A DNA stretch of 32,000 bases from Methanothermobacter marburgensis str. Marburg (GTDB lineage Archaea > Methanobacteriota > Methanobacteria > Methanobacteriales > Methanothermobacteraceae). Both the position numbers and the translations under genes were made by a program. The notes beneath the pieces were generated by a model. The model had not been told where the DNA came from and did no database searches. It worked only from the letters and a program-made list of their open reading frames with translations. Positions 18,922-27,567 of this stretch are shown here, in pieces (position 1 is the stretch's first letter; the number at the start of each line of letters is the position of its first letter). Location of the stretch: NCBI RefSeq assembly GCF_000145295.1, contig NC_014408.1:630001-662000 (forward strand), given 5' to 3'.

Positions 18922-20148
18922 GTGAAAAATCAATCTGAAATAAACATTGGTCTTGTGGGGCACGTGGACCATGGTAAAACAACCCTTACAAAGGCCCTTT
19001 CAGGTGTCTGGACAGACACCCACAGTGAGGAAACCAAGAGGGGCATATCAATCCGTCTGGGCTACGCTGACATAACCTTCAGGAAGTGCCCCCAGTGTGA
19101 AGCCCCCATGTGCTACACAACTGCAGAGATCTGTGAGAGGTGCGGCACAGAGACAGAGCTTCTGAGAAAGGTATCCTTTGTGGATGCACCGGGACATGAA
19201 ACACTCATGGCAACCATGCTCTCTGGAGCCGCCCTCATGGACGGCGCCATACTGGTAATAGCCGCCAATGAGCCATGCCCCCAGCCCCAGACAAAGGAGC
19301 ACCTCATGGCCCTGGATGTGATAGGGGTTAAGGATGTTATCGTTGTCCAGAACAAGATAGACATAGTCTCCAGGGAAAGGGCCCTTGAGAGTTACAGGGA
19401 GATCAAGGAATTCGTGAAGGGTACATGTGCCGAGGATGCACCTATAATACCTGTATCTGCACAGCAGGGCGCCAACATTGACATTCTCATTGAGACAATT
19501 GAGGAGAAAATCAAAACACCCGAAAGGGATGTTGATAAGCCTGCCAGGATGTGCGTGGCCAGGTCCTTTGATATAAACAAGCCAGGGGTTGACCCTGAAC
19601 ACCTTGCAGGTGGGGTTATAGGTGGCTCACTTGTCCAGGGCAAATTCAGGGTCGGGGATGAGATAGAGATAAAACCCGGCATACAGGTTAAAAAGGACGG
19701 TAAACAGTCCTGGATGAGCCTCCACTCCACCATCACAGGCCTTGTGGCAGGGGGAGAGGAGATGGACGAGGTTGGTCCCGGGGGTCTTGTGGGTGTCGGA
19801 ACCCTCCTTGACCCCTCACTGACCAAGGCAGACTCACTTTCAGGTTCAGTGGCCGGTGAACCCGGCACCCTGCCACCTGTGAGGCACTCCTTCACAATGG
19901 AGACCCACCTCCTTGAGAGGGTCGTGGGTACCAAGGAGGAGACCAAGGTGGAGCCCATAAAGACAGGGGAGCCCCTGATGATAAACGTGGGTACCACAAC
20001 CACCGTGGGTGTTGTTAAATCAGCGAGGGCTGATGACGCTGATGTCGTCCTGAAACTACCCGCCTGCGCAGAGGAGGGTCAGAGGATAGCCCTATCAAGA
20101 AGGGTTGGAGCAAGATGGAGGCTGATAGGATATGGTATCATCAAATAG
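18922..20148 (+). CDS. eif2g: Translation initiation factor aIF2 gamma subunit
   Basis: [15 protein letters not shown], zinc ribbon CPQC...CERCG, DAPGHE, NKID. GTG start behind AGGTG. Confidence 0.95.
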   Translation: MKNQSEINIGLVGHVDHGKTTLTKALSGVWTDTHSEETKRGISIRLGYADITFRKCPQCEAPMCYTTAEICERCGTETELLRKVSFVDAPGHETLMATMLSGAALMDGAILVIAANEPCPQPQTKEHLMALDVIGVKDVIVVQNKIDIVSRERALESYREIKEFVKGTCAEDAPIIPVSAQQGANIDILIETIEEKIKTPERDVDKPARMCVARSFDINKPGVDPEHLAGGVIGGSLVQGKFRVGDEIEIKPGIQVKKDGKQSWMSLHSTITGLVAGGEEMDEVGPGGLVGVGTLLDPSLTKADSLSGSVAGEPGTLPPVRHSFTMETHLLERVVGTKEETKVEPIKTGEPLMINVGTTTTVGVVKSARADDADVVLKLPACAEEGQRIALSRRVGARWRLIGYGIIK

Positions 20149-20166
20149 GGTGGTTATAGACACCAA

Positions 20167-20173
20167 TTTTTTA
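20167..20173 (+). other. T TTT TTA heptamer (candidate -1 frameshift site, or homopolymer indel) followed by an in-frame TGA
   Basis: In the upstream frame the codons are aaT TTT TTA TGA. A -1 shift lands on ATG 20173, the frame of the PIN body. Confidence 0.35.
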
Positions 20174-20526
20174 TGATACCCCACCAGTTCAGGGTCGACA
20201 TAGTATCTGAGCTCCGGAGACTCTTCCCGACCCATGAGCTCCTTGTCCCATCCTTTGTGATAGGGGAACTTGAGGGTATAAGGAGGCATTCAGGTGGTGA
20301 TGCAAGGATAGCCGCCTCCATTGGCCTTGCCCTTGCACGAAGGCCACCATTCAGGGTGGTTGATGAGAAACTCCTTGAGGGCGAATCTGTTGACGATGCG
20401 CTTCTCAGGATCTCAGACGTGCTCTGCACCGCTGACCGGGAGCTCAGGGAAAGGGCGAGGTCACAGGGCATACCCGTCGTCTACCTGAGGCAGAAAAAAT
20501 ATCTTGCAGTTGATGGGCATATATAA
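20173..20526 (+). CDS. Fcf1/Utp24-type PIN-domain protein (COG1412-like). N-terminal catalytic strand is encoded out of frame upstream (20132/20150-20176).
   Basis: [18 protein letters not shown]...VIGELEG...VDDALL...[21 protein letters not shown] matches the Fcf1 pattern. Upstream, GTG GTT ATA GAC ACC AAT TTT TTA TGA gives VVIDTNFL* in the other frame. Confidence 0.8.
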   Translation: MIPHQFRVDIVSELRRLFPTHELLVPSFVIGELEGIRRHSGGDARIAASIGLALARRPPFRVVDEKLLEGESVDDALLRISDVLCTADRELRERARSQGIPVVYLRQKKYLAVDGHI

Positions 20527-20539
20527 TAGGAGGTTTTTT

Positions 20540-21070
20540 ATGAATCTGTGGAAGGATATTGAACCTGGACCATCAGTACCAGAGGTAGTATATGCAGTTG
20601 TTGAAATACCCAGGGGTTCAAGGAACAAGTATGAATACCACAAGGACCTCGAGGCATTCGCACTTGACAGGGTGCTCTACTCACCGGTATTCTACCCTGC
20701 AGAGTACGGTATAATACCCCGGACTCTCTACGATGACGGCGACCCCATGGACATCATGGTACTCATGGATGAACCAACGTTCCCTGGATGCATCATAGAG
20801 TCAAGGCCCATAGGCCTTCTCAGGATGATAGATGGTGGGGACCAGGACGACAAGATTCTGGCGGTGCCCGTGGAGGACCCCCACTACAGTGATGTTAATG
20901 ATATATCAGACATACCCCAACACATCCTGAAGGAGATAGCACACTTCTTCCAGGTTTACAAGAACCTTGAAGGTAAGGAGACAGAGATAATCGGATGGGA
21001 GGGCGCCGAAAAGGCACTTGAAGCCGTAAACCACTCCATAGAACTCTACAGAGAGAAATGTATGGAGTAA
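20540..21070 (+). CDS. ppa: Inorganic pyrophosphatase (family I)
   Basis: [28 protein letters not shown] and DDKILAV motifs. ATG 20540 lies behind TAGGAGGT. Confidence 0.95.
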   Translation: MNLWKDIEPGPSVPEVVYAVVEIPRGSRNKYEYHKDLEAFALDRVLYSPVFYPAEYGIIPRTLYDDGDPMDIMVLMDEPTFPGCIIESRPIGLLRMIDGGDQDDKILAVPVEDPHYSDVNDISDIPQHILKEIAHFFQVYKNLEGKETEIIGWEGAEKALEAVNHSIELYREKCME

Positions 21071-21090
21071 TCTTTTAATGGGGGATCCCA

Positions 21091-21645
21091 TTGTATTATA
21101 TAACAAAAATTGTTGATACAGTCAGAATACCTCCAGACCGCTTTGAGGAGCCACTGGAGGAGGTTGCCATAGAGGTTCTCAACGAAACCTACGTTGGAAG
21201 GATGGACAGGAACCTCGGCCAGATGATAACTGTAAAGGAAATAGAGGACATAGGAATCGGAAAGGTCATAATGGGTGACGGCGCTGCCTACCATGAGGTG
21301 ACATTCACAGCCCTCTTCTTCAAACCAGAACTCCATGAGATCGTTGAGGGCGAGGTAATAGAGATTGCAGAGTTCGGAGCATTCGTGCGCATTGGACCGG
21401 TGGACGGTCTTGTGCACGTTTCACAGGTAACGGACGATTACATAACCTATGATGCCAAGAAGGGCTCCCTCACAGGTAAGGAGACAGGTAAACGCCTGGA
21501 TGAGGGCGACCTTGTAAGGGCAAGGATAGTCGCCCTGAGCCTCAAGGGCCGAAGAGAGGGCGTGAAGGTTGGGCTCACCATGAGGCAGCCCGGTCTTGGT
21601 AAATTCGAATGGATTGAAGAAGAGAAGAGGAAGAGTAAAAAATGA
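21091..21645 (+). CDS. rpoE: DNA-directed RNA polymerase subunit E' (Rpo7), with S1 domain
   Basis: (M)[14 protein letters not shown]; S1 fold [30 protein letters not shown] 21091; the nearby ATG 21078 frame stops after 12 codons. Confidence 0.92.
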   Translation: MYYITKIVDTVRIPPDRFEEPLEEVAIEVLNETYVGRMDRNLGQMITVKEIEDIGIGKVIMGDGAAYHEVTFTALFFKPELHEIVEGEVIEIAEFGAFVRIGPVDGLVHVSQVTDDYITYDAKKGSLTGKETGKRLDEGDLVRARIVALSLKGRREGVKVGLTMRQPGLGKFEWIEEEKRKSKK

Positions 21646-21824
21646 CTGAGAAGGCATGCACAAGGTGTAAGAGAATCACCAGCGACGAACGCTGCCCGGT
21701 CTGCAATGTTCCAGCATCCACCAACTGGAGCGGACTGCTCATAATCATAGATCCAGAGAAATCAGACATAGCCAGGGAACTGGATATAAAACTTCCTGGT
21801 GAATACGCACTGAGGGTCAGATAG
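21642..21824 (+). CDS. spt4: Transcription elongation factor Spt4 (RpoE'')
   Basis: Zinc ribbon CTRCKR...CPVC, then [22 protein letters not shown] overlap with rpoE'. Confidence 0.9.
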   Translation: MTEKACTRCKRITSDERCPVCNVPASTNWSGLLIIIDPEKSDIARELDIKLPGEYALRVR

Positions 21825-22312
21825 TGTACATTCTACCGGAAAAACTCAGGGCAGAGCTCAAGAAACCCCTTGGGGAGCTCCACGAATCCTTCAGAGACAT
21901 TGATGTGGGGGATTCGTTTCTCATAACGGTTGGTGATGTTACAACACGCAATGCACTGGAGCATGGCCTCAAGCCGGACGTCAGCATAATAGATAACAGG
22001 ATCCAGAGAATGGATTCTGACCATGAATTCAATGACACAGCAACCATTATCAGATCCACAAACCCGCCAGGCACCATAACAGAGGACCTCTGGAACTCCA
22101 TCAAAAAGGCCATAGATGGGGCCAGAGCCGGTGAACGCTTCATGATAGTCGTTGATGGAGAGGAGGACCTGGCTGTTTTACCATCAATCTTAATGGCCCC
22201 GGCAGACACCGTCATCCTTTATGGACAGCCAAATGAGGGTGTTGTGCTGGTGAGGGCCATCGAAACACGGAAAAGAGCTGAAGAACTCATAAAAAACTTT
22301 GAGGAGGCATAG
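21824..22312 (+). CDS. GTP-dependent dephospho-CoA kinase (DUF359 family)
   Basis: LRAELKKPLGEL, ITVGDVTT and VDGEEDLAVLP are DUF359 hallmarks. The family was assigned DPCK function in Thermococcus (TK1697). GTG overlaps the spt4 TAG by 1 nt. Confidence 0.78.
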   Translation: MYILPEKLRAELKKPLGELHESFRDIDVGDSFLITVGDVTTRNALEHGLKPDVSIIDNRIQRMDSDHEFNDTATIIRSTNPPGTITEDLWNSIKKAIDGARAGERFMIVVDGEEDLAVLPSILMAPADTVILYGQPNEGVVLVRAIETRKRAEELIKNFEEA

Positions 22313-22313
22313 A

Positions 22314-22616
22314 ATGGAGATCAGAATAATCGAGGAAAAGGAAAACCCACTCTTAAACAGAAAGGAGATAAGGTTCGAATGCTTATATGAGGGTGAATCA
22401 ACACCAAAGGTCCTTGATGTTAAGAACAAACTCGTAGCAATGCTCGACGCCGATAAGGACCTCCTTGTGGTCGACAAGATCGACCAGGGATTCGGCGAGC
22501 CAAGGGCCTCAGGATACGCCAAGATATATGATTCAATGGATAAACTCACCGAGATAGAACCTGAACACGTCATAAAGAAGAACACAGAGGCACAAGAGGA
22601 AGAGGAGGAAGAATAG
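22314..22616 (+). CDS. rps24e: Ribosomal protein S24e
   Basis: MEIRIIEEKENPLLNRKEIRFE; acidic tail EEEEEE. ATG 22314 lies behind GAGGAGG. Confidence 0.93.
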   Translation: MEIRIIEEKENPLLNRKEIRFECLYEGESTPKVLDVKNKLVAMLDADKDLLVVDKIDQGFGEPRASGYAKIYDSMDKLTEIEPEHVIKKNTEAQEEEEEE

Positions 22617-22772
22617 ATGAAGAAGTTCGAACTCTACGAGGTAAAGGGGGATAAACTCGTAAGGAAGAACCCCTTCTGTGTGAGATGCTCAAACGGTGTC
22701 TTCATGGCTGACCATGGGGACAGATACGCCTGCGGTAAGTGCGGATACACCGAATGGAAAAACAGGGAATAG
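22617..22772 (+). CDS. rps27ae: Ribosomal protein S27ae (51 aa; not in the ORF track)
   Basis: Own translation: [53 protein letters not shown]...C..C zinc ribbon. ATG abuts the rps24e TAG. Confidence 0.9.
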   Translation: MKKFELYEVKGDKLVRKNPFCVRCSNGVFMADHGDRYACGKCGYTEWKNRE

Positions 22773-22780
22773 GTGGAAAC

Positions 22781-24190
22781 TTGAACCTGAGGGCTGGCAG
22801 ATTAAAGAGGGGTATGGAGGATGAGGCAGCGGAGTTTACCTCATCCCTCACATTCGACCACCACATATTCGAGGCGGATGTTGACTGTAACATTGCACAC
22901 ACAACGATGCTGGCCCATGAGGGTATAATACCGGAGGAAGTGGCAGATAAGATCATAGAAGCCCTTGAAACCCTCAGGGAGGAGGGTGTCGAGGCCCTTG
23001 ACATGGACCCGTCGGTGGAGGATATCCACATGGCTGTTGAGAACTACGTGACAGCCAGGATAGGTGAGGAAGCCGGGTTCATGCACACAGGTAAATCCAG
23101 GAACGACCAGGTTGCAACTGACCTTCGCCTGGCCCTGAGGGAGAAGATAAAATTAATCAGCCACGAACTCCTTGATTTTATTGATAGGATAGCTGAAATG
23201 GCACTTGAGCACACAGGGACTGTCATGGTTGGCTACACCCACCTCCAGCATGCCCAGCCAACAACCCTTGCCCACCACCTCATGGCCTATGCCCACTCCC
23301 TGAAAAGGGACTATGAGAGGCTCCAGGACACCCTGAAGAGGATTGACATCAACCCGCTGGGTTCCGCGGCCATGACAACCACAACATTCCCGATAAACAG
23401 GGAACTCACAACGGAACTTCTGGGTTTCTCTGATTACATGAGGAACTCCATGGACGCGGTGAGTGCAAGGGACTTCATAGCAGAGGCAATATTTGACCTC
23501 TCAGTGCTGGCGGTGAACCTCAGCAGGATCTCAGAGGAGATGATACTCTGGAGCACCTACGAGTTTGGCATGATAGAGATCCCTGATGAATTCTCATCAA
23601 CATCATCGATAATGCCCCAGAAGAAGAACCCTGACGTTGCCGAGATAGCCAGGGCAAAGACCTCCACGGTTCAGGGGGCACTCTTCTCTGTACTTGGAAT
23701 CATGAAGGCCCTCCCCTACACCTACAACAGGGACCTCCAGGAGATCACACCCCACCTCTGGAGGGCCACCGACACTGCACTGTCAATGATCCGTGTCGTG
23801 AGGGGGATGCTCCTGGGCATCAGGGTTAACCGGGACAGGGCACTTGAACTTGCAGGGGCCAACTTTGCAACCGCAACAGACCTTGCAGATATCCTTGTCA
23901 GGGAGCGCGGCATACCCTTCAGGGTGGCCCACAGAATAGTTGGAAGGCTGGTCACAAGGGCCATTGCCGATGGACTCGGGCCCTCTGACATAGATTCAGA
24001 GTACCTTGATGAGGTGAGCCTCGAGGTCACCGGGAAGAGACTTGAACTTGACCAGGAACTTGTGAGGAGGGCCCTTGATCCACTTGAGAATGTCAGGATG
24101 AGGATGGTTCCAGGTGGACCGGCACCTGAGATGGTCAGGGCGGCCATTGATGATATCAGGGCCTTTGTGGAGTCTGAGAGGACAACCTAA
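22781..24190 (+). CDS. argH: Argininosuccinate lyase
   Basis: [18 protein letters not shown] and [11 protein letters not shown] signature. TTG 22781 lies 4 nt after GGTGG. The track start 22739 overlaps rps27ae. Confidence 0.93.
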   Translation: MNLRAGRLKRGMEDEAAEFTSSLTFDHHIFEADVDCNIAHTTMLAHEGIIPEEVADKIIEALETLREEGVEALDMDPSVEDIHMAVENYVTARIGEEAGFMHTGKSRNDQVATDLRLALREKIKLISHELLDFIDRIAEMALEHTGTVMVGYTHLQHAQPTTLAHHLMAYAHSLKRDYERLQDTLKRIDINPLGSAAMTTTTFPINRELTTELLGFSDYMRNSMDAVSARDFIAEAIFDLSVLAVNLSRISEEMILWSTYEFGMIEIPDEFSSTSSIMPQKKNPDVAEIARAKTSTVQGALFSVLGIMKALPYTYNRDLQEITPHLWRATDTALSMIRVVRGMLLGIRVNRDRALELAGANFATATDLADILVRERGIPFRVAHRIVGRLVTRAIADGLGPSDIDSEYLDEVSLEVTGKRLELDQELVRRALDPLENVRMRMVPGGPAPEMVRAAIDDIRAFVESERTT

Positions 24191-24287
24191 GGGTTATTTT
24201 TTTCCAGTGGCCAGAAATTTTATATATTGAAGTCTTAGAGGGGTTTTTAAGGGTTATTTTTTCTCACTGAGCAGAAATTTTATATAT
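24189..24287 (+). repeat. Two-copy direct repeat (period 60 bp), each copy carrying an oligo-T tract and an AAATTTTATATAT TATA element
   Basis: aagggttatttttttccagtggccagaaattttatatat (24189-24227) versus aagggttattttttctcactgagcagaaattttatatat (24249-24287). Confidence 0.8.
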
Positions 24288-24310
24288 CATTTTTGACATA
24301 TAATTATTAC

Positions 24311-24451
24311 ATGAAATCTGAAACTGAAACAAGGGTTGTTGGACTTCTGGCGGTACTCATCGGTATACTGATGATAATATACCCTCAGCTTGTCGGGTAT
24401 CTGGTTGGTGTGTTCCTCATAGCCTACGGTCTTCTCAAGATATTCAGTTAG
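24311..24451 (+). CDS. Small (46 aa) two-helix membrane protein, DUF3096-like
   Basis: Own translation: MKSETETRVVGLLAVLIGILMIIYPQLVGYLVGVFLIAYGLLKIFS*. ATG lies about 25-30 nt after the second TATA copy (short or absent leader). Preferred over the antisense 76-aa track ORF 24287-24517. Confidence 0.5.
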   Translation: MKSETETRVVGLLAVLIGILMIIYPQLVGYLVGVFLIAYGLLKIFS

Positions 24452-25466
24452 TTCTCCGGGATCCGCAAATACTCCATACGAGTTCCAGGGCCTCTCCGGG
24501 TTCAAGAGCACCGGCACGGGTCTCTCTGAGGACCCTCTGGATTGAATAGCGCCTCATATGTGGATATCTACGATGGACCTCCCCCAGAAGGGGACAGCCG
24601 AACCCTGAAGTGGCCCTGAGACCATAGGTGGATACAGCAGACTTCAGCTCCTGCTTTGAGGCTGCAAAGAGTGCCGGCAGATTGACCCGGAGGATATCAT
24701 CGCGCATCTGGAGGGAACCGTATCCTGTTGAGAGGAGATCGCCGAATATCACAGTATCAATTCCCTCATTCTTTATTTTCTCCATGATGACTTCCTCAAT
24801 CATGGATGAGCACCTGCCGCAGGGATGGAACCTCCCCTCGAGTGCATCCCTCTGAAATTCACTGAAGTCCATGCTGAGGTACTCGTGCCTCACCCCTAGG
24901 GATGCTGTGAGTTCATCCACCACCCTCCTGACGTGCCCAGGGAGTACGATGGTGCCGGGGTCAGCAGTGAATGCCACGGGGTTTAAACCAAGATTAACGG
25001 CCGCTATGAGTGAAAATGAACTGTCAGTACCCCCTGATAGTGCCACAGCAGTGTCGAGCTCTTTGATAGGGTGCTGGGGTGCACTGTCACTTTCTGTGAG
25101 AAAGTCAAGTCCCGCCGGGTATTCAAGGCGTTTCCTCAGGGGTTCCTCAAGCAGGGAGAGCACCCTGAAGGATCCCCTGAGTTCAGCCAGTCGCTCAAGT
25201 GCAAATTTAACCCGTTCCCTCCTCATGATGAGGTCAATCTCGGATTCAACGTGGATCCTCATGATACCAAGTCTCTCCCGTAGCCTGCCCACAACCCATC
25301 CACCCTTCCCTATTATGATGGACTTATCTGAACGGTCAGGTGCGACTATGAGGAGCTCGTCCCTTTCCCCATTGAATATGGCCTCGGCTATCCGCACCTC
25401 TGTATTCTCATGGCCTATCTCGGATCTCACTTCCCTTATGAGAACCGCAAGTTCATCTGCATCCAT
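24444..25466 (-). CDS. KH-domain / PP-loop ATPase fusion (adenine-nucleotide alpha-hydrolase, probable RNA/tRNA modification enzyme)
   Basis: N-terminal KH GXXG loop IIIGKGGWVVGRL. PP-loop SGGTDSS. Cys cluster HPCGRCS...GCP. ATG 25466 (MDADELAV) lies behind AGGAAGGA. The track GTG 25490 has no SD. Confidence 0.8.
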   Translation of the reverse strand: MDADELAVLIREVRSEIGHENTEVRIAEAIFNGERDELLIVAPDRSDKSIIIGKGGWVVGRLRERLGIMRIHVESEIDLIMRRERVKFALERLAELRGSFRVLSLLEEPLRKRLEYPAGLDFLTESDSAPQHPIKELDTAVALSGGTDSSFSLIAAVNLGLNPVAFTADPGTIVLPGHVRRVVDELTASLGVRHEYLSMDFSEFQRDALEGRFHPCGRCSSMIEEVIMEKIKNEGIDTVIFGDLLSTGYGSLQMRDDILRVNLPALFAASKQELKSAVSTYGLRATSGFGCPLLGEVHRRYPHMRRYSIQRVLRETRAGALEPGEALELVWSICGSRRTN

Positions 25467-25644
25467 AGAATCCTTCCTGGAATTATTCACCTGAATTGAA
25501 GTACCTTTTTTATGGTCTGATTAAATGATGGATGATCTGCATGAAGTAAAGTATATTATAGATACGGTCAATATTTAATATAAAGAGTGGATTTGGATTT
25601 CATTTCCAGGCAGTACCTGAACTTTAATAAAACCGTGTTGGGGG

Positions 25645-26265
25645 ATGCATAGGCAAATGCCAAACATTAAAAGCCTTCTTTTCGGTGATCAGGAAGAAGA
25701 ATGGGGTTATAAAAGGGAAAGTGAGAATATAATAGTGGGGTATGGCTACAAGAAGTTCAGTAAACCCCCTGTTATAGGTAAAAACCCCCTTCTGCGCTCA
25801 AACACCGTGATATACAATGATGTTACCATAGGTGATAACCTTAGAACCGGCCACAACGTTCTCATAAGGGAGAAGACGACCATAGGTGATGATGTACTCA
25901 TAGGTACAAACACGGTCATTGAGGGCCACTCAAAGATAGGGAGCAATGTCAGCATCCAGTCAAATGTGTATCTGCCCAAGAACAGTTACATAGAGGACAA
26001 TGTCTTCATAGGACCCTGTGCCTGCTTCACCAACGACCGCTACCCCATAAGGGTCAAGTACAAACTGAGGGGTCCCATTATAAGGCAGGGGGCATCCATA
26101 GGCGCAAACTCCACCTTCCTCTCCAGGATCGAGGTGGGTGAGGGTGCAATGGTGGCAGCAGGGGCGGTTGTAACAAGGAACGTGCCTCCATGGTCACTGG
26201 CAATAGGTGCACCTGCCCGTATAAAGGCGCTTCCTGCCAAGCTTAGGGTTCCCAACAATATTTAG
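25645..26265 (+). CDS. Left-handed beta-helix (hexapeptide repeat) acyl/acetyltransferase
   Basis: Consecutive hexapeptide units ([49 protein letters not shown]...). The C-terminus [13 protein letters not shown] is typical. ATG 25657 is an alternative start. Confidence 0.85.
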   Translation: MHRQMPNIKSLLFGDQEEEWGYKRESENIIVGYGYKKFSKPPVIGKNPLLRSNTVIYNDVTIGDNLRTGHNVLIREKTTIGDDVLIGTNTVIEGHSKIGSNVSIQSNVYLPKNSYIEDNVFIGPCACFTNDRYPIRVKYKLRGPIIRQGASIGANSTFLSRIEVGEGAMVAAGAVVTRNVPPWSLAIGAPARIKALPAKLRVPNNI

Positions 26266-26325
26266 TTGATTTTTCTGTATTAGTTAGATTTTCCAGTCTG
26301 CAGTGACCTCTACTGATTGAATGAG

Positions 26326-26781
26326 CTATTCTCTTCTGTAGAGTCCCACTATCCTTGCCTCAGCCAGTACATGACCCTCCATTGCCTCGAGGACGTCCTC
26401 CTTGCCTGCACCGGGTTCAAGGTCCAGCATGGTGTCAAGGGCATAGAGCCTGAAGAAGTACCTGTGCACACCGGATGGGGGGCAGGGGCCCCTGTAGCCT
26501 ATGGTTCCAGAGTCGTTGTAGCCCTGGACTGACCCATCAGGTAGCCTCCCCATCCCTGGAACATTTTCATCGAGGCCCCCTGAGGTGGGGGGTATGTTGA
26601 ATATCACCCAGTGGGTCCACACCTTTGAGGGTGCATCGGGGTCGTCACATATGAGTGCAAGGGACCGGGTCTCTGGAGGGACGCCATCCCATTCTAGGGG
26701 TGGCGATATGTTTTCACCATCACACGTGTACCTTGAGGGTATTCTTCCGCCATCATTGAATGCACGGGTCTTGAGGTTCAT
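26326..26781 (-). CDS. PEBP-family protein (YbhB/YbcL, Raf-kinase-inhibitor-like)
   Basis: CDDPDAP, WTHWVIFNIP and GYRGPCPP.G.HRYFFRLYALD signature. Perfect SD AGGTGATACC precedes the ATG. Confidence 0.9.
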   Translation of the reverse strand: MNLKTRAFNDGGRIPSRYTCDGENISPPLEWDGVPPETRSLALICDDPDAPSKVWTHWVIFNIPPTSGGLDENVPGMGRLPDGSVQGYNDSGTIGYRGPCPPSGVHRYFFRLYALDTMLDLEPGAGKEDVLEAMEGHVLAEARIVGLYRRE

Positions 26782-26826
26782 GGTATCACCTAACAGATTA
26801 TATGTTTCCTGTCATTAATTATTATT

Positions 26827-27567
26827 ATGGACTACAAGGTGAACTCGGTATCTGATAACAGTGTCTTCGTTGAGACTGAGTCCTACAGGAGGCTCCTTGA
26901 AGCCCTTGAGGTTATCAGGGAGTCCCGCGGTAACATACTCCATGTTGTGGGCGCCCCCGGGACAGGTAAATCAGCCAACCTCTATAGGGGTATCCAGGAG
27001 GTGGGGCTTGATGTATATGAAGTGCCATGTAACCTTGAGTCAGCGGATGTGGACGCAGATTATGTGTTCAGGCACCTCTTAGATGAGATGAAGGCGGAGC
27101 TCGGTGCAGATAACAGGGGGGATCTTTACAGTAAACTTGCTGAATTTGATGCTGTGGTCTTTGCTGACAGGTTCCATGACAGCCACGATTTCTCAGAGTT
27201 CACGGGTTTCAGTCAGTGGACAGCCACGGCGGGATCTGAAACACTGAAGTTCTACCTGAAATGCATTCTGGAGTACATTAGAAACACGAGGAAATTCAGT
27301 AACATGAACATAATCTTCCAGACGGCCTGGAGGTTCTACTTCAGGGGTAAAAAGCTGGACATCTTCACCGACATACCCATCCTCTCGTCAGTGCTCTTCC
27401 ACTCCCTCAGGATCCCCTTCACGGCTGTGAGGATAGATTACACCGTAACTGAAACCTTAAATATAATAAAGGCCCATTCAGGTGCTGATGAGGAAGAGAT
27501 AAGGCGTTACATAGAATTATATGGATGCAGACCAAGAACCGTTCTGGAGAAGATGAGATCATGCTGA
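26827..27567 (+). CDS. Uncharacterised P-loop NTPase (AAA/ORC-like N-terminal layout)
   Basis: Walker A GAPGTGKS. Candidate Walker B AVVFADRFHD. No SD. TATA-like ATTATATG (26797-26804) is centred about 26 nt upstream of the ATG, suggesting a leaderless mRNA. Confidence 0.7.
   Translation: MDYKVNSVSDNSVFVETESYRRLLEALEVIRESRGNILHVVGAPGTGKSANLYRGIQEVGLDVYEVPCNLESADVDADYVFRHLLDEMKAELGADNRGDLYSKLAEFDAVVFADRFHDSHDFSEFTGFSQWTATAGSETLKFYLKCILEYIRNTRKFSNMNIIFQTAWRFYFRGKKLDIFTDIPILSSVLFHSLRIPFTAVRIDYTVTETLNIIKAHSGADEEEIRRYIELYGCRPRTVLEKMRSC

Noticed and set aside
24287-24517. 76-aa minus-strand track ORF between argH and the PP-loop gene.
   Set aside because: It overlaps the minus-strand PP-loop gene's 3' end in another frame and runs through the TATA repeat. 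The opposite strand encodes a far more protein-like small membrane ORF with a properly spaced promoter.
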